A DNA stretch of 47,229 nt, filler included, from Jimgerdemannia flammicorona (lineage: Eukaryota): NCBI GenBank assembly GCA_003990765.1. It is 2 parts of 2 records of this genome, joined end to end, with 100 filler letters (N's around TTAATTAATTAA, not from the genome) between each part and the next. Parts side by side here need not be neighbours in the genome. Positions count along the whole stretch, not along the records: positions 23,671 to 47,229 come from RBNJ01001093.1; 1 more part is not named here. The stretch is one strand, 5' to 3'. The position numbers and the translations under genes were made by a program. Each line of letters opens with the position of its first letter. The first letter of the stretch is position 1. Of this stretch, positions 25,886-37,433 are shown piece by piece. The notes beneath the pieces were generated by a model. That model was not told the origin of the DNA. It saw nothing but the letters and a program-made list of their open reading frames with translations, and ran no database searches.

Positions 25886-27434
25886 TGTTATGTAGTAGTC
25901 ACTGAGTCCTTCAAATATGCTAGATTCTCTTCAAGATATATCTCTTAGACTAAATTAAGTTTGTTATAAGTAAGTTCTTATTGGAGTATCTTCTTAAGGT
26001 CTTATAGTTCTCAAAATTCTTATCTTTAAACTATCTTATTATCTCTTAGATTGCTTGCAAGAGATTGTATATAAGTGAACCAGAACTAACTTTATTTCAG
26101 AGGAAATAAGAGGAGTATTTATACAAAATATAATTCAATAGTTGCTAAGATATAAAGCCAAATATAAATTCTAATAACTAAAATAAAATACTAGAACAGA
26201 AAAAACTGCTAAGTACTAGGGTCAGTACTGGTGGTTATACAGGTTCAGAATGCTGGTATAATTTCAATAGTATAGGAAAATGGTGCTGAAATAATTCAGT
26301 ATCATATTAGAATGCTAGTATTGGTATAATTCAGTATCACCAAAGGACTTTAGAGCAGAATATTTAAGACCATAGGGGCTTCATCCTCATCAGAGATCAG
26401 GATGTCTTTAAAGGAGATAAGGTCCATGAATTTGTCATTATCACATAGGTCATGTGTTTCATATATATCACATATCTTGTATATATTGTATGAGATGACA
26501 TCATTACTGATGACATCATCATTTTCAGCAGTAGCAGGAATAAGGAGGTCTGGGGCTCTTCAGTCTATGAGGTTCTCTTCTACAAAATAGGGGACAAATG
26601 TGGGGTCTTAGAGAGGTCTAACCTGGATGCTTGGGCCTTGGAATATTGAGATCAATCCTTACAGAAATTGGTCTGGGTTATTCTGGAGAATGGGATACCA
26701 GAAGTCTTCTACTTCATCACTGTTAAGGGTGATAGTGGACTGGGCTTCTGTAGCTATCCTGGCTTCTAGTGCATTAATACATCAGGCTGATAGATCTCTA
26801 AAGTCTGAGACTCTAACATACTTCAAGTTAGAGATTGACCATGGTACATGCCTGAAGATCTGATAGATCTTCTTAGCTATCTTTATTTCATGTATATCCA
26901 TAGGAGTGATATTTTGTAGCTCTTGAGTACTGGTCTGTGGGAACTCCCAGCAGAGGAGGTTTTCTATTTCATACTCCTACCATATTTGAAGGCATTTGGT
27001 AGCAATGGTGATTCTTGTTCCCATTTTATGATAGTAGAGAATATAATGATAAAAGTCACCAGTACTCAAGTTGATACTAGGAGTTCTTCTTGAATGAGTC
27101 CTCATGACTCTTCTGATGTCTTGGAACATTCTTTCTTTGACTGAGGTACCTTAGTGGTTTCTTGACCTTGAGGTTTGATGAGCAGCAGATATTTCATTTA
27201 TAGTAAGTCTTTGAGCTATTTTGAAATTAGTGGGTCTTGTTGATTGCTGCTACTGTGGTTTCTTGATCCTTCTTTTATATTCCTCAAGATATCCATATTG
27301 TGGTCACAATGACTCATGGTTAGTCATTATTGCTCATCTTATATACTATATAATCTTTTTGTGCTCTGATCTGGTGGCTTGTAAGAAAAGACTATCTCTT
27401 ATACTGATGTCATCATTCTGGGATCACTGTTACA
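25886..27434 (-). repeat. Complete family A LTR (1549 bp, TG...CA)
   Basis: Minus strand begins TGTAACAGTG and ends ..TAACA, followed by ACT and the PBS. Confidence 0.88.
26350..27105 (-). pseudogene. LTR(U3)-encoded ORF of family A, 251 aa when read through point stops
   Basis: ATG 27105 to TAA 26350 spans 756 nt in frame (MRTHSRRTPSINL..EDEAPMVLNILL). Confidence 0.72.
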
Positions 27435-27950
27435 ATAGTTAATAATCTATAAATATAAGCTATATTTATTATTCAAGATAGTAAGTATTACTATATTTGA
27501 CTAGTTTATTATATATATTCTCTTAAATAAGATAATTGTATAATTTTTTATTAAAAAATAGTAGAGACTATTATTTCAGTAATACTAAAAATGACAGAAG
27601 ATATTTAGTAAGTTATACTGATAGTTTATAATATAGAATAAAAAATATAATAAAAAATTAGATCTAATAAAGATAACTAATATTTAAATATCTTTAAAAC
27701 AATCTTCTCTAACTTATATAAAATAGAAGCATACTATCTCATATAATGAGTAGAAGTATACAATAGTTAGCTTTAATAATATATTGTTCTTATAAAAGAT
27801 AAAAGATAAGATAATAGATATCTTATATGTATAAGCTATTACATATACTATAGTAATATAACTATCTTGACCACCTTGTACTTATTAGTATATCTCCTAT
27901 TACAAAGATATAATACTAGAATATATCTATAATGACAGCAACACTCTGCA
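27435..27950. repeat. AT-rich eroded relic
   Basis: TA-rich and CpG-free; no recognisable domain. Confidence 0.5.
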
Positions 27951-28254
27951 TATCATACTCAGCTGCAAAAACTATACAATAATCTAGAACAAAAACATCA
28001 ATACTGCATACAACCTCTGGGCCATTGTACTGCATATAAGCACCCATAGAGGCATAGTGTCAGAAATCTTCAAGCAAGCAACAAAAACCAATGAGCAGCC
28101 AAGGCCCACTATATTTCCATAAAACATGTGTATTTTTGGATTTTAATCAACAAAGGGACTTTTTCAGTTAATTTGAAATATAACACTAGCCTTCCAAAAC
28201 AAATTTTAACTGCAGCCTTAATAATGGTGATATGTACGTTCGACAACCTGCTCA

Positions 28255-29491
28255 TCACGATTCTATCGCCACATGCTTCTCGCCCTTCGTCCCCTCCACC
28301 TCCATCCCCACCCCATCCACCTGCTGGTCGGCCACCAATGCCACCATGTTCTTCAAATTGTTCGGGTCCTGTACGCGCAGGGTCTTGATACGCGCGATGC
28401 TGTTGCGGTCACCGTCCCATTGTCTATATAGGATGGAGGGAATTGTGAGTCAGAAATTTCGAGTGAGAGATGGAACGTGACGGATACTGATCGAATAAAA
28501 ATGATAAAGATGGACGGACCTTATGATTTGAACATTCTTGGGGTTGGTCAGGTCCGGTACCTCTGCGTGATGGAATGGGAAGTCGTTTTCCGGAAGGAAC
28601 AGATTAGACGAACGAAGCGCACATTTTACGATACATATCATCACGTTCATGATCGAGACCTCAAAGTCAACCCCTTTTTGTCGACCAACATTACATCAAT
28701 GCATCCACCATAATCACCCGTCCCTTCCCATCTCCTTCCCGCCAACGGTACCTCCCTACACCCATGTCAATGAAGACACTCAAAAAAGCAAAGCACGCAC
28801 CAAACCCCTTCGCATACTCGTCCCGCTCCTTCTTAATCAACGCTATCAGTAAATCCTCCCTGGCAGCTTTTGGTCGCTGCCCTTTCCGATGGAGCGCTTT
28901 AAGCTCTGTGAGCTCCTCGTCGTGCCGCTTCAGGTACCTGTTAACGGGGGAATGATGCACGAGTGAGCGAACGTCGCAAGATGCGGCGATGAACGATTGG
29001 GAGTTCGAACCGTACATGTCGATAAGGTCGTGCAGCTCCAACCGGGTCGCGCAGGGCAGTGCGTCGTCCAACGCGTAGCGAAACCAGAGCCAGCGTTCGA
29101 CTGCGTTAGGAGGAGAACGGGTATGAGCGAGAGAAATAAGCGGGCAAAGTTCTTTGTAGTCGTCCATACAGTTTCCGAAAACCCCTCGCTGCGACGACGG
29201 CACACTATCACACCGAAAACACAAAGACGCCCAATGTCAACCCACCCAAAGGGTTCGCCGCTAACCTCCTCTCTGCCATCTTCTTTTCCAACCTATCGTT
29301 GCGCATAAGGACTCGCGTCAGTTGGCTCGCCTTGCGCCCTGATGGGTGCAGTGTGTCGCGGTTCTTGATCGTTTTGAGCGTATGACGTTTGTTGTTGGGC
29401 TGCGTTGGCGATTGGACGAAGAGGGAGGTATGAATGACTATGCGCAGATGAAAAAGAAACTTGATTGCAACTGAGTCCGAGATGGTACCAT
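28255..29491 (-). CDS. TMA16: Translation machinery-associated protein 16 (pre-60S factor), 6 exons, 196 aa
   Basis: Exons 29491-29489, 29399-29246, 29100-29016, 28937-28801, 28562-28520 and 28423-28255, all GT..AG and in frame. Motifs LHPSGRKA, RHDEELTEL..RPKAAREDLL..EYAKGFEVPDLT..WDGD. Confidence 0.9.
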
Positions 29492-32400
29492 TATCAAAAG
29501 TGTGATTGCTGTGTTGGTTTGTTCGAAGAAAAATTAAAGGTCGCTGTCCAAGCCACAATTTTGTTTTACCGTCACAACGAGTAACGCGGTCGTCGTGGCA
29601 AGCAGGATAATGTATTCAACATATTTATTTATTCAACTACATGATATATCATAAACAAATGTATAACTCTCAAAAAAAAAAAAAAAATGCATCCCTCTCG
29701 GCATTACCCAGAAGCCACCACGAGGAAGTACTTTATAGCGCGCCGTCTTGAAATCTACCACCCATCCAGATCACCCCCTATGCCAACCCCGCCGACTTGC
29801 CGCCCCCTCTTCTTTTTCTTGCTGCACCGGTACGACGGTCCATCGTAAGCCGATTCTAATATGGGCAGGACTTATCCGTGGGAATCATCCACTTGCCTAG
29901 GAGACTGTTGCTGCAGTATGACTGTTGCTACAGCGTCCTCTTGACTTCATCCGGCCAGGTATATATATATACGTGAGTGAGAGACGGAGGTGACGCCATC
30001 CTGCTTGACTCTGTGCTCGCATGTGACTCAGCACGGTTCCTGTAAAAAAGGAAAAGAAAGAAAAGAGAGAGTAAGAACGCGAAAACGTGAAATCAAAATG
30101 GCAGTTCGGTCTTGGGACACGGAGTTGAGTGGCCCTGTGGAAAAATAAAAGGGTTTCCGATCAAGTGCAGGGGGTTGTCAACGGAAGCTTGGGAAAGCAC
30201 AAACTAAAGCATGAAAAGGAAAGAAAGAATGAAGGATGGGAGGATGGCGACAGATGGACGGTTGGTCGTATAGATAACATGGCGTTCATGCGAGAAACGC
30301 GCATCGCCCGAAACCTGAAACAGCAATCACAAATTGTGATGTGGGTGTTTTCGGAGCCGCCTTCTTTTCCGGTTAATCCGGTTAGTCTATTCTACTTTGA
30401 CGCGAGACGTCATTGAAAATTTGTAATTGATAGACACGACCAAGTAGGGAATGCAATTAATTCGTCATAGACAGGCTGCCTATGGATGGCCCGCGTAAAC
30501 ACAAACAAAATGGTCTTGGACGAGCCTCATTCTTGCTCAAGGATTATCGTTCACACGAGTGTTAAAGTTTCATGGGTTTGTGGGCATAGCAGTTACTCGA
30601 TCTCACATTGGTGCCAAGTTAGCCGTTTGTCACATCACTCTGTTTATATATACGTCATCTTTATTCGCCTGGAACTTGGTGAGATTTATTTTTGACTTTA
30701 CGAGAAATAGAATGCATCCAGAAAATCTTCAAGTGAAATTATTGGTCGGCATGTCCGGTCGCTCTCACTTCGCTCGTGCCCGACGTGTCTATGGCTCTTC
30801 GGGCCCTTTCCACACCAACCTTGCACTCTGCTTCATCTTCGCCATGCCTTTTGCTGTGCACTGCGCCGTGCCTTGCGGTGGGCCTTACTTCATGCTCTGT
30901 TTTACTCCTGCCTTTCTTGCCTTGCTGCCAAATACCGCTTTCTTGTGCATCGGCATCTTGTCTTTACTAACGAATTTTTGTAATGGTTTGGGCAGTTTCC
31001 TTCTCACTGCCTGTACGAAGGTGGCTATATCGGAGCCTTGATTCCAGATGTTGACCGTTGTCGTCTCGGTGCCGTTATGCTCGACCACGAGTGTATTTCC
31101 CAGTTGTTCTACATGTCTGAGCATGTTGTCTATGCTCCTATTATTAGCGAGCCTGCTCTGATTGCATCGCATGCTTCAAATGTTATGTATGGTCTGCACG
31201 GCTTCGTCTGGTCAATGTTCTCATACTGCTGCTACTGTCGCTGCTGCGCGTCGCCTGGCTTGCATTTACCGCTATGGCCTATATATCTTTTCTAGCGCTT
31301 GCGCTATTAATTTTCATCGCCTTCATTGACGTCATCTCGGATTTTCTTCTACACTTTATTTCTTTGCCATGCTTCGTCTGAGCTGCATCCTCGAGCACGT
31401 CACATGGTATTATTACTTTACATATCGCAGATTTAATTATTCTCATCTCCATGTCACTTCAGTCTCGTCATCAATTCCATCGATACTATGTTCAATGGTG
31501 AAGTGACGAGTGATTGCATGAGGAGGACCTGATGTACGTAGGTATGGCAGTTCGCGAAGAATGAATGCAATGCATCCGTTCAGGCCTGTAAATATTGAGG
31601 AAGAATTTGCATAAAAAATAAGCTCGGCAGCGGGATGAATGTCGCGGAGGGGAGAGATATCGGCGGATGCATTGCAGCAGAGAAATTGGCAGAGAGATCT
31701 CGGCGGAGGGGCTTAAAACTGAGATTCAAACAAAAGGGAATGCATACTATTTCTGGAACCAGTAAAGGCGTAAACATCAAAAGTGCCAACTATATGTCTT
31801 AGGCGATTCCACCCTGATGGCTGTCCAATGTAAAGGTGTCTCACAAAGAATTGGATGTCATCATTTATCTCAGCTGTCCGTCCAGCCAGCACGATCGTGA
31901 ATATTGGCATTTGTGAGAGGTAGAGAGGTGGAAGTAAGGAAAGCACACTTAGGATATATCCCAAGAATATATAGCTGACAGAATTTGGTAACGCAGGCAA
32001 ATATGTCTAATGTACATCTTTTTTTTTTTTTTTTTTTACGAGACTAATGTACATCTTACCCAATACTTACATCCATGCAGCAAGCTTGGATATTTTGCCT
32101 ATACACTATGCCCATTTCAAAACTTAGCAAGTAGAACGATAGCGCATGTTATATACATCCCGCATACCGCAAGCTGCAAGCCACAAGCCGTTAATAAGGG
32201 TTAATAAGGGCGGAGATTGTTGGATCTTTTGCGTTTTGCTGGAACCTGTTGAGGCCTAAAATGAACCTGCAAGCTGTGAAAGATTACCTGTATGACGTCA
32301 CTATTACTTTGGTTAAAATGATAATGCAGTTCTTTACTTTACTTCTTACTAAACCCAAACTTCGACGCGGACGCGTTAAGTAAGTTCACCGAGCTCGCTG

Positions 32401-34092
32401 ACTCTGCCATTGCCACCTTACTTCCGGATCCACTGCCGTCAACCCTCCTCTCCCCCGTCAACAAGGCACCTGAGACTCCAGCTACAACCATCCTCGCGTC
32501 GTTGGGCTTTCGTAGGTCAGATCAACTCCCTCTAATACACCAATGCGATGGGTGGTGGGAGTCAACTGGGTGACTGCATGGTTGGACGCACAAAGACTGG
32601 AAAAAAAAATTATGAAAGGTGGAACCAACAGAGGTAAATGTTGGCCTTTGTTTTTCGTGTTTGCGCGCAAGCGCAGCGGGGGTGCAAAGTGAAAGGAAAG
32701 ATGCATGCAAGGGATATAGGAAATCCAACAGGAAATGTACCGACGCTTTCTTTTTTCTTTTTGTTTTTTGGTCACCTTGACACTTCTAGGAGATCTTACT
32801 AACCTTGCGTTCATACCTGACGTACCACATTTCCAAAAGAGGAGATACAATCCTACGGACGTGATAACGGGCTCACGCTGGTGATATACAAGATTTTTGA
32901 TGAACTCATTCTGCATGACAGTATGTATATGTTATACGACTATATTACACCATGCATGGAATTTTTCTAATAAAATCTGCATTAACATCTTTTCGGCAAA
33001 TATTTTCACTCATATGATTACTTTGTCATGATTGACAGAAATCCGTTATTTCAGCAAAGCCATCGCTCCAAGGCGCCGCTTAGTAGCGTGGGTACATGCA
33101 CGCAATGCAAGCCATGCTGCTGTTATGGTTTCATGGTTCAATGTCATTTTTTGCATGATATAATTCCGTATAGAAGAATTGTGTGGTCTCACAGAATTCA
33201 CATTTTCTCTTTTTTCTTATACCAAGCAATAACAGAAGCTCATTGAACCATCGGTTGCCAGAAAAACGATACTGGGAAAGGGGAAGGAGATGGCCAGCAA
33301 ATTATGCGCGATATTGGAGGTGCCAGAGAATAGATAAATAGATGATTGCGATATATACGTCGAGGTTTTCAAGCCCTATGTGGGTTAGGTAGTGTACAAT
33401 CGTAAACAATCGGAGTCGTGGAGCCAGGTTGTTTTTTTTTTTTTTTTTTTCTAAAAATCTTCGGCAACAGGAAGTAAATCGTTCCCGTGTTCCCATGCAA
33501 TTCCTATGCCTATGCAGCCAGACAGCAACGTGAATATCAAGAAGTTGTTTTTGGTGATATGGGGCGGTGTGCCCAAAGCTTTGGCGATATGACCGGCATT
33601 GTGTATCTCATATCTTTATCGTTGAAGCGGTTCGCAATGTTTTTGCAGACAATCTTGAGGTGAACGACCTTTTCCACGCACCTTGCCGCCCACATTGAGT
33701 TCGAAGTTTTGTCAGTGGAAAGCGAACGAATCTCTATGTATTTCCTGTGCTGACCTTGCCACTAAATAAGACATTGATTTAAATGTATGATTGATCGATG
33801 ATACAGCATTACAATGCAATTACCTTTTGCATTCAAGACAACCAAATCATAAACCATTTCTTTGGATGCGCTTTCAAAGCTAGTATATACCTCATTTGGC
33901 TTAGACCAAATATATCCGAATACAATCGCGCTGCGCAACACACAGTAACGTCGCGCAGTCGCGTAATTAGTTGTACAGTCGTATGACTAAAGAACTGCTG
34001 TAAGACACAGCACTTATACTAAAACCGCGTGACGTCAGCCGGTGGCGGATGTGACTGCCATATAATCCAACTATCGACTAATTGTTGTTATC

Positions 34093-34121
34093 ATCGACCA
34101 TCGACCATCGACCATCGACCA
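34093..34121 (+). repeat. 7-bp tandem repeat (ATCGACC x4) just upstream of the F-box gene
   Basis: Seen directly in the sequence. Confidence 0.8.
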
Positions 34122-34161
34122 ATTGACTATTATCATTGACAACCCACTACTCTTCTCAACA

Positions 34162-35355
34162 ATGCCTTACAAGCCTAGACGCAGTAAGCGCAAGGTACAC
34201 TCTTTCAAGATGTCCAAGACATACAGCCTTTCTGTGGACATTGCTACACGCATTCTTGGCTACATCAAGATCGACAACAACTATAGCCGCAATATGTATA
34301 ACTTCGCTCTGGTCGAAACTTCATGGCGTAATCCTGCCATACACTTCCTCTATACTCACCTCAAATTTACAAGTTATGACAACATGATCAACTATCTCCT
34401 CAAGATTCACTATCATCCAAACTACGCTAGTCTCGCTCGCTCTATTTGCCTTTCGAGCCTCGCAGGACCCTCAAACCTGGAAATACAACTCTGCCACCTC
34501 GTCCAATCTTGCCCGAACATCATTTCGTTTAAGCTATTCAAGTGCCCTCCGACCTGGGTTACTGATCTGGTCCTCTTGACCATGGGGGCTTATTGGCCAA
34601 GCCTCACCGAACTCTCTCTCCAAGGCCGCAAATGCTGCCATGGCAGCGCGTTAATAATTGCCATCAAAAGCTGGCCAGACTTAACCCGCTTGGACCTTAC
34701 CAACGTCTCGGGGATCAATACAAACCAGTATCACGAAATTATCCGGAGTCTCCCGAATCTTCGCTTCCTTCGCTTGTCCCGCCTAGTCAATGAGCCATCG
34801 TTTCCCGACCTCATGTTGGACAGTCACCTGCGCGCAATCAGCGACACGAGCCAGCATCTCGAGGTCATTGACTTCAACAACTGCAAGCGTCTCTCTAACC
34901 CGTGCATGCTCAACTGCTTCAATAACCTCACCAACACTCTCAAGTGTCTCAAAATCACAGGGTGCACCCAAATCACAGGTATCACTCTCGCCAGGATCAT
35001 TGTCGCCTGTGCCTCCCTTCGATTTGTCAATATCTCTCGCTCCTCCTTCAACGATGAGGCCCTCTACCACCTTTGCGGCACCCATGCCTGCCAGTGGATT
35101 GAGCAATTCGCAATGTCCAACTGCTCTGGCATATCGTTAGCACCATTCTGTCTTTTTGCCAACAAGCTCGAGTCCCATGTGCGCGACGGACACGTCAAGA
35201 AGTGTATCGTGTACATCCAGGGAATGGCGTTGAAATTGCCCAGGAACCGTATGAAGAAGATTGAGAAATCTAAGCCTGGCCTCATAATCAAGGCGGATCA
35301 CGAGGGGTTTGTCCTCGATGAAATTATGGAGTCCATCATTGGACTGGTTGTCTGA
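34162..35355 (+). CDS. F-box-like + leucine-rich repeat (RNI-like) protein, intronless, 397 aa
   Basis: Divergent F-box (LSVDIATRILGYI..ALVETSWRNPAIHFLY). Cys-containing LRRs (LTELSLQG, LEVIDFNNCKRLS, LKITGCTQIT). Confidence 0.85.
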   Translation: MPYKPRRSKRKVHSFKMSKTYSLSVDIATRILGYIKIDNNYSRNMYNFALVETSWRNPAIHFLYTHLKFTSYDNMINYLLKIHYHPNYASLARSICLSSLAGPSNLEIQLCHLVQSCPNIISFKLFKCPPTWVTDLVLLTMGAYWPSLTELSLQGRKCCHGSALIIAIKSWPDLTRLDLTNVSGINTNQYHEIIRSLPNLRFLRLSRLVNEPSFPDLMLDSHLRAISDTSQHLEVIDFNNCKRLSNPCMLNCFNNLTNTLKCLKITGCTQITGITLARIIVACASLRFVNISRSSFNDEALYHLCGTHACQWIEQFAMSNCSGISLAPFCLFANKLESHVRDGHVKKCIVYIQGMALKLPRNRMKKIEKSKPGLIIKADHEGFVLDEIMESIIGLVV

Positions 35356-35559
35356 AAAGATATGGGCGGGGTAGAGCGTATCTGTATCCCTATTCATATG
35401 TAAATATGTAGCTCAAACATCTTGTCATCAGTGCTCTTCCTAGTATTATAAAATGTCCTCGTTCTTTTCCTTTGCACAGTATCAAAGATGTCTTTCACCT
35501 AAAAGTTGTCAGCTTTAATGATTTTAAAGAGTTCCCCCCCCCCCTCTTTTTTTTTAAAA

Positions 35560-36527
35560 AAAATATAAAATGAATAATTTGAAAATAACTAATTATATAT
35601 ATATATCTTCTATAATAATTATCAATATCACATCTGCTAATATTCTCTCACTAACTTATAAAGATCTCTTTTTTAATATATCTTAGTTATACTTTTGAAT
35701 TATAACTAAGTTATATTATCAATATAGTAATTTTATATAGATTATAATATTAAAGATAGAGTCTTTAAATAAAATAAAATAAATAAAATATATTTCTTAG
35801 TTTATAGAGATAAATTTGGATAATATATAAAGTTAATTATAAAAATAAAAATAAATTTAATATTATTATTATTAAAAAAAAAATTAAATTTTTATAAGTA
35901 ACTTATAAATATAATATATATTATATTGATCATTTGTGTTGATCTCGAGTGCAGCATATGGACAGTGGTGTATGTTTGTCTGTTTATGAAGATAAGGATG
36001 ATATCACCAAATTCTGATCAATGAGATTAATTATATTATATAAAGTATATGGCAAAATTTGCAGGTAAATTTTGCAGGTAAATTTATCTATAGATTGTTA
36101 ACAATATAAGGGATAATTATAATCTATATAATTATCTAAATTTATTAATAATATTATTATAAAAGAACTAATTTTTTAAGATAATAACTATAGATAAAAT
36201 AGATAAATTAATTAAAAAAAAAAAAAAAAAAAGTAAATATATATTATAATAGATATTTTTTAAAATAAAAATAATAAAGAGTTATAATCTATAAAAGAGT
36301 AATAATGTAAAGTAATATTTAAGATAGTGAGAATATGTATTAAAGAAGTTAAACTACTAATTTTAATAGTAAAAATAATAATAAAAGTTAAAGAGATTAA
36401 ATAATTAAATTTATGAAGTATAATAAAAATAATAGTCTAACTAATATAATTAGCAAATTTAAATATTATAAATATAAATTATAATATATAATATATCTTA
36501 TATATATAATATAAAATATAAATATAT
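35560..36527. repeat. AT-rich eroded relic
   Basis: Nearly all A/T apart from a short island at ~35930-36085. Confidence 0.5.
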
Positions 36528-37003
36528 TGTGACGATACAGCCAAATTTGGAAGAAGGAAATAGGAAATAGATACTTGATTACACCCATTCCCAAAGTAGT
36601 ATAACCTTATAGTTAGTAGTTCTCGATTTCGACATTGTCTAAGTTCTTAGACATTGTCTAAATTTTAGACATTATCCAAATTGGATACCCCGATTTAGTA
36701 TAGCATTTAGACATTGTCCAAATGTTTCGACAAAGTCCAAATGACTCATTTATTACTTAGCCACCCTCTCATAGCTAGTAAACTTGTATAAATAACCCAG
36801 TATCTTTGAGTGAATAAACCTCAGATCGAAATAGTTCAAAGCAAAGAGATAGCAAAGGAACTAGTAAGTCTGTGGGCAGATACACTTCGAACTCACCCAC
36901 CCTCCCCTGCCACTTCAAGAGACTCTACGAGAGTCAGAACAGTCAAGTTTTCAAGATACAGAAATCTGACATACTTTCAAGAGTAAGCATCCGCTACATT
37001 ACA
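36528..37003 (+). repeat. A2 5' LTR, 476 bp (TG...CA), no ORF
   Basis: TGTGACG start and ..ATTACA end. TATA ~36787, AATAAA ~36813, internal GACATTGTC(T/C)AA repeats. Confidence 0.82.
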
Positions 37004-37006
37004 ACT

Positions 37007-37023
37007 TGGTGCCCATTGGCTGG
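37007..37023 (+). other. Primer-binding site TGGTGCCCATTGGCTGG
   Basis: 3 nt after the LTR end; same as family A. Confidence 0.8.
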
Positions 37024-37433
37024 TGATTCAAGATGAATCCCTCACTTTCAAGCTGAACAACAAACAACTGCCACTACCCGAACAACCATACAAACCGAGC
37101 CCCAATACCCAGACAAGATGGATATGAGACCACCAGTATTCCATGGATATACCTCAGATGAATCAATCATCACCTTCATTGATGATTTCGAGCAGTATGC
37201 TGCCGTAAGGACTCTGACAGCAGCACAGCAAGTAGCTCTCATGCCCTTCAGCCTACGAGGCCCTGCCAGAGCAGCATTCACAGCTGCAACCTATGCAGGA
37301 AATGATGCCGATGCTATATATACTGACAGTACAGAAGACCTGGCTCCGAAACACATATTATACAGATGAGATCAAGCAAGCCCTAAAGGATCAGCTCAAC
37401 ACAACATGCCAAGGAATGAGCGAGGACCCAAAC

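Larger units (their letters stand above)
24018..27434 (-). mobile_element. Ty3/gypsy family A, copy 2: complete 5' LTR, PBS, gag and protease; rest missing
   Basis: Collinear with 16560-19920. Protease IIDTSAGG in ORF 24207-24506. Confidence 0.9.

Noticed and set aside
28691..29558. 177-aa and 116-aa ORFs as stand-alone genes
   Set aside because: Exon-plus-intron read-throughs of TMA16.
30559..31295. Hydrophobic Cys-rich ORFs as membrane proteins
   Set aside because: No recognisable domain, non-ATG starts and competing ORFs on both strands.
34123..34161. TTG-started N-terminal extension of the F-box ORF
   Set aside because: The first ATG, at 34162 (ACAATG), is the more plausible eukaryotic start.
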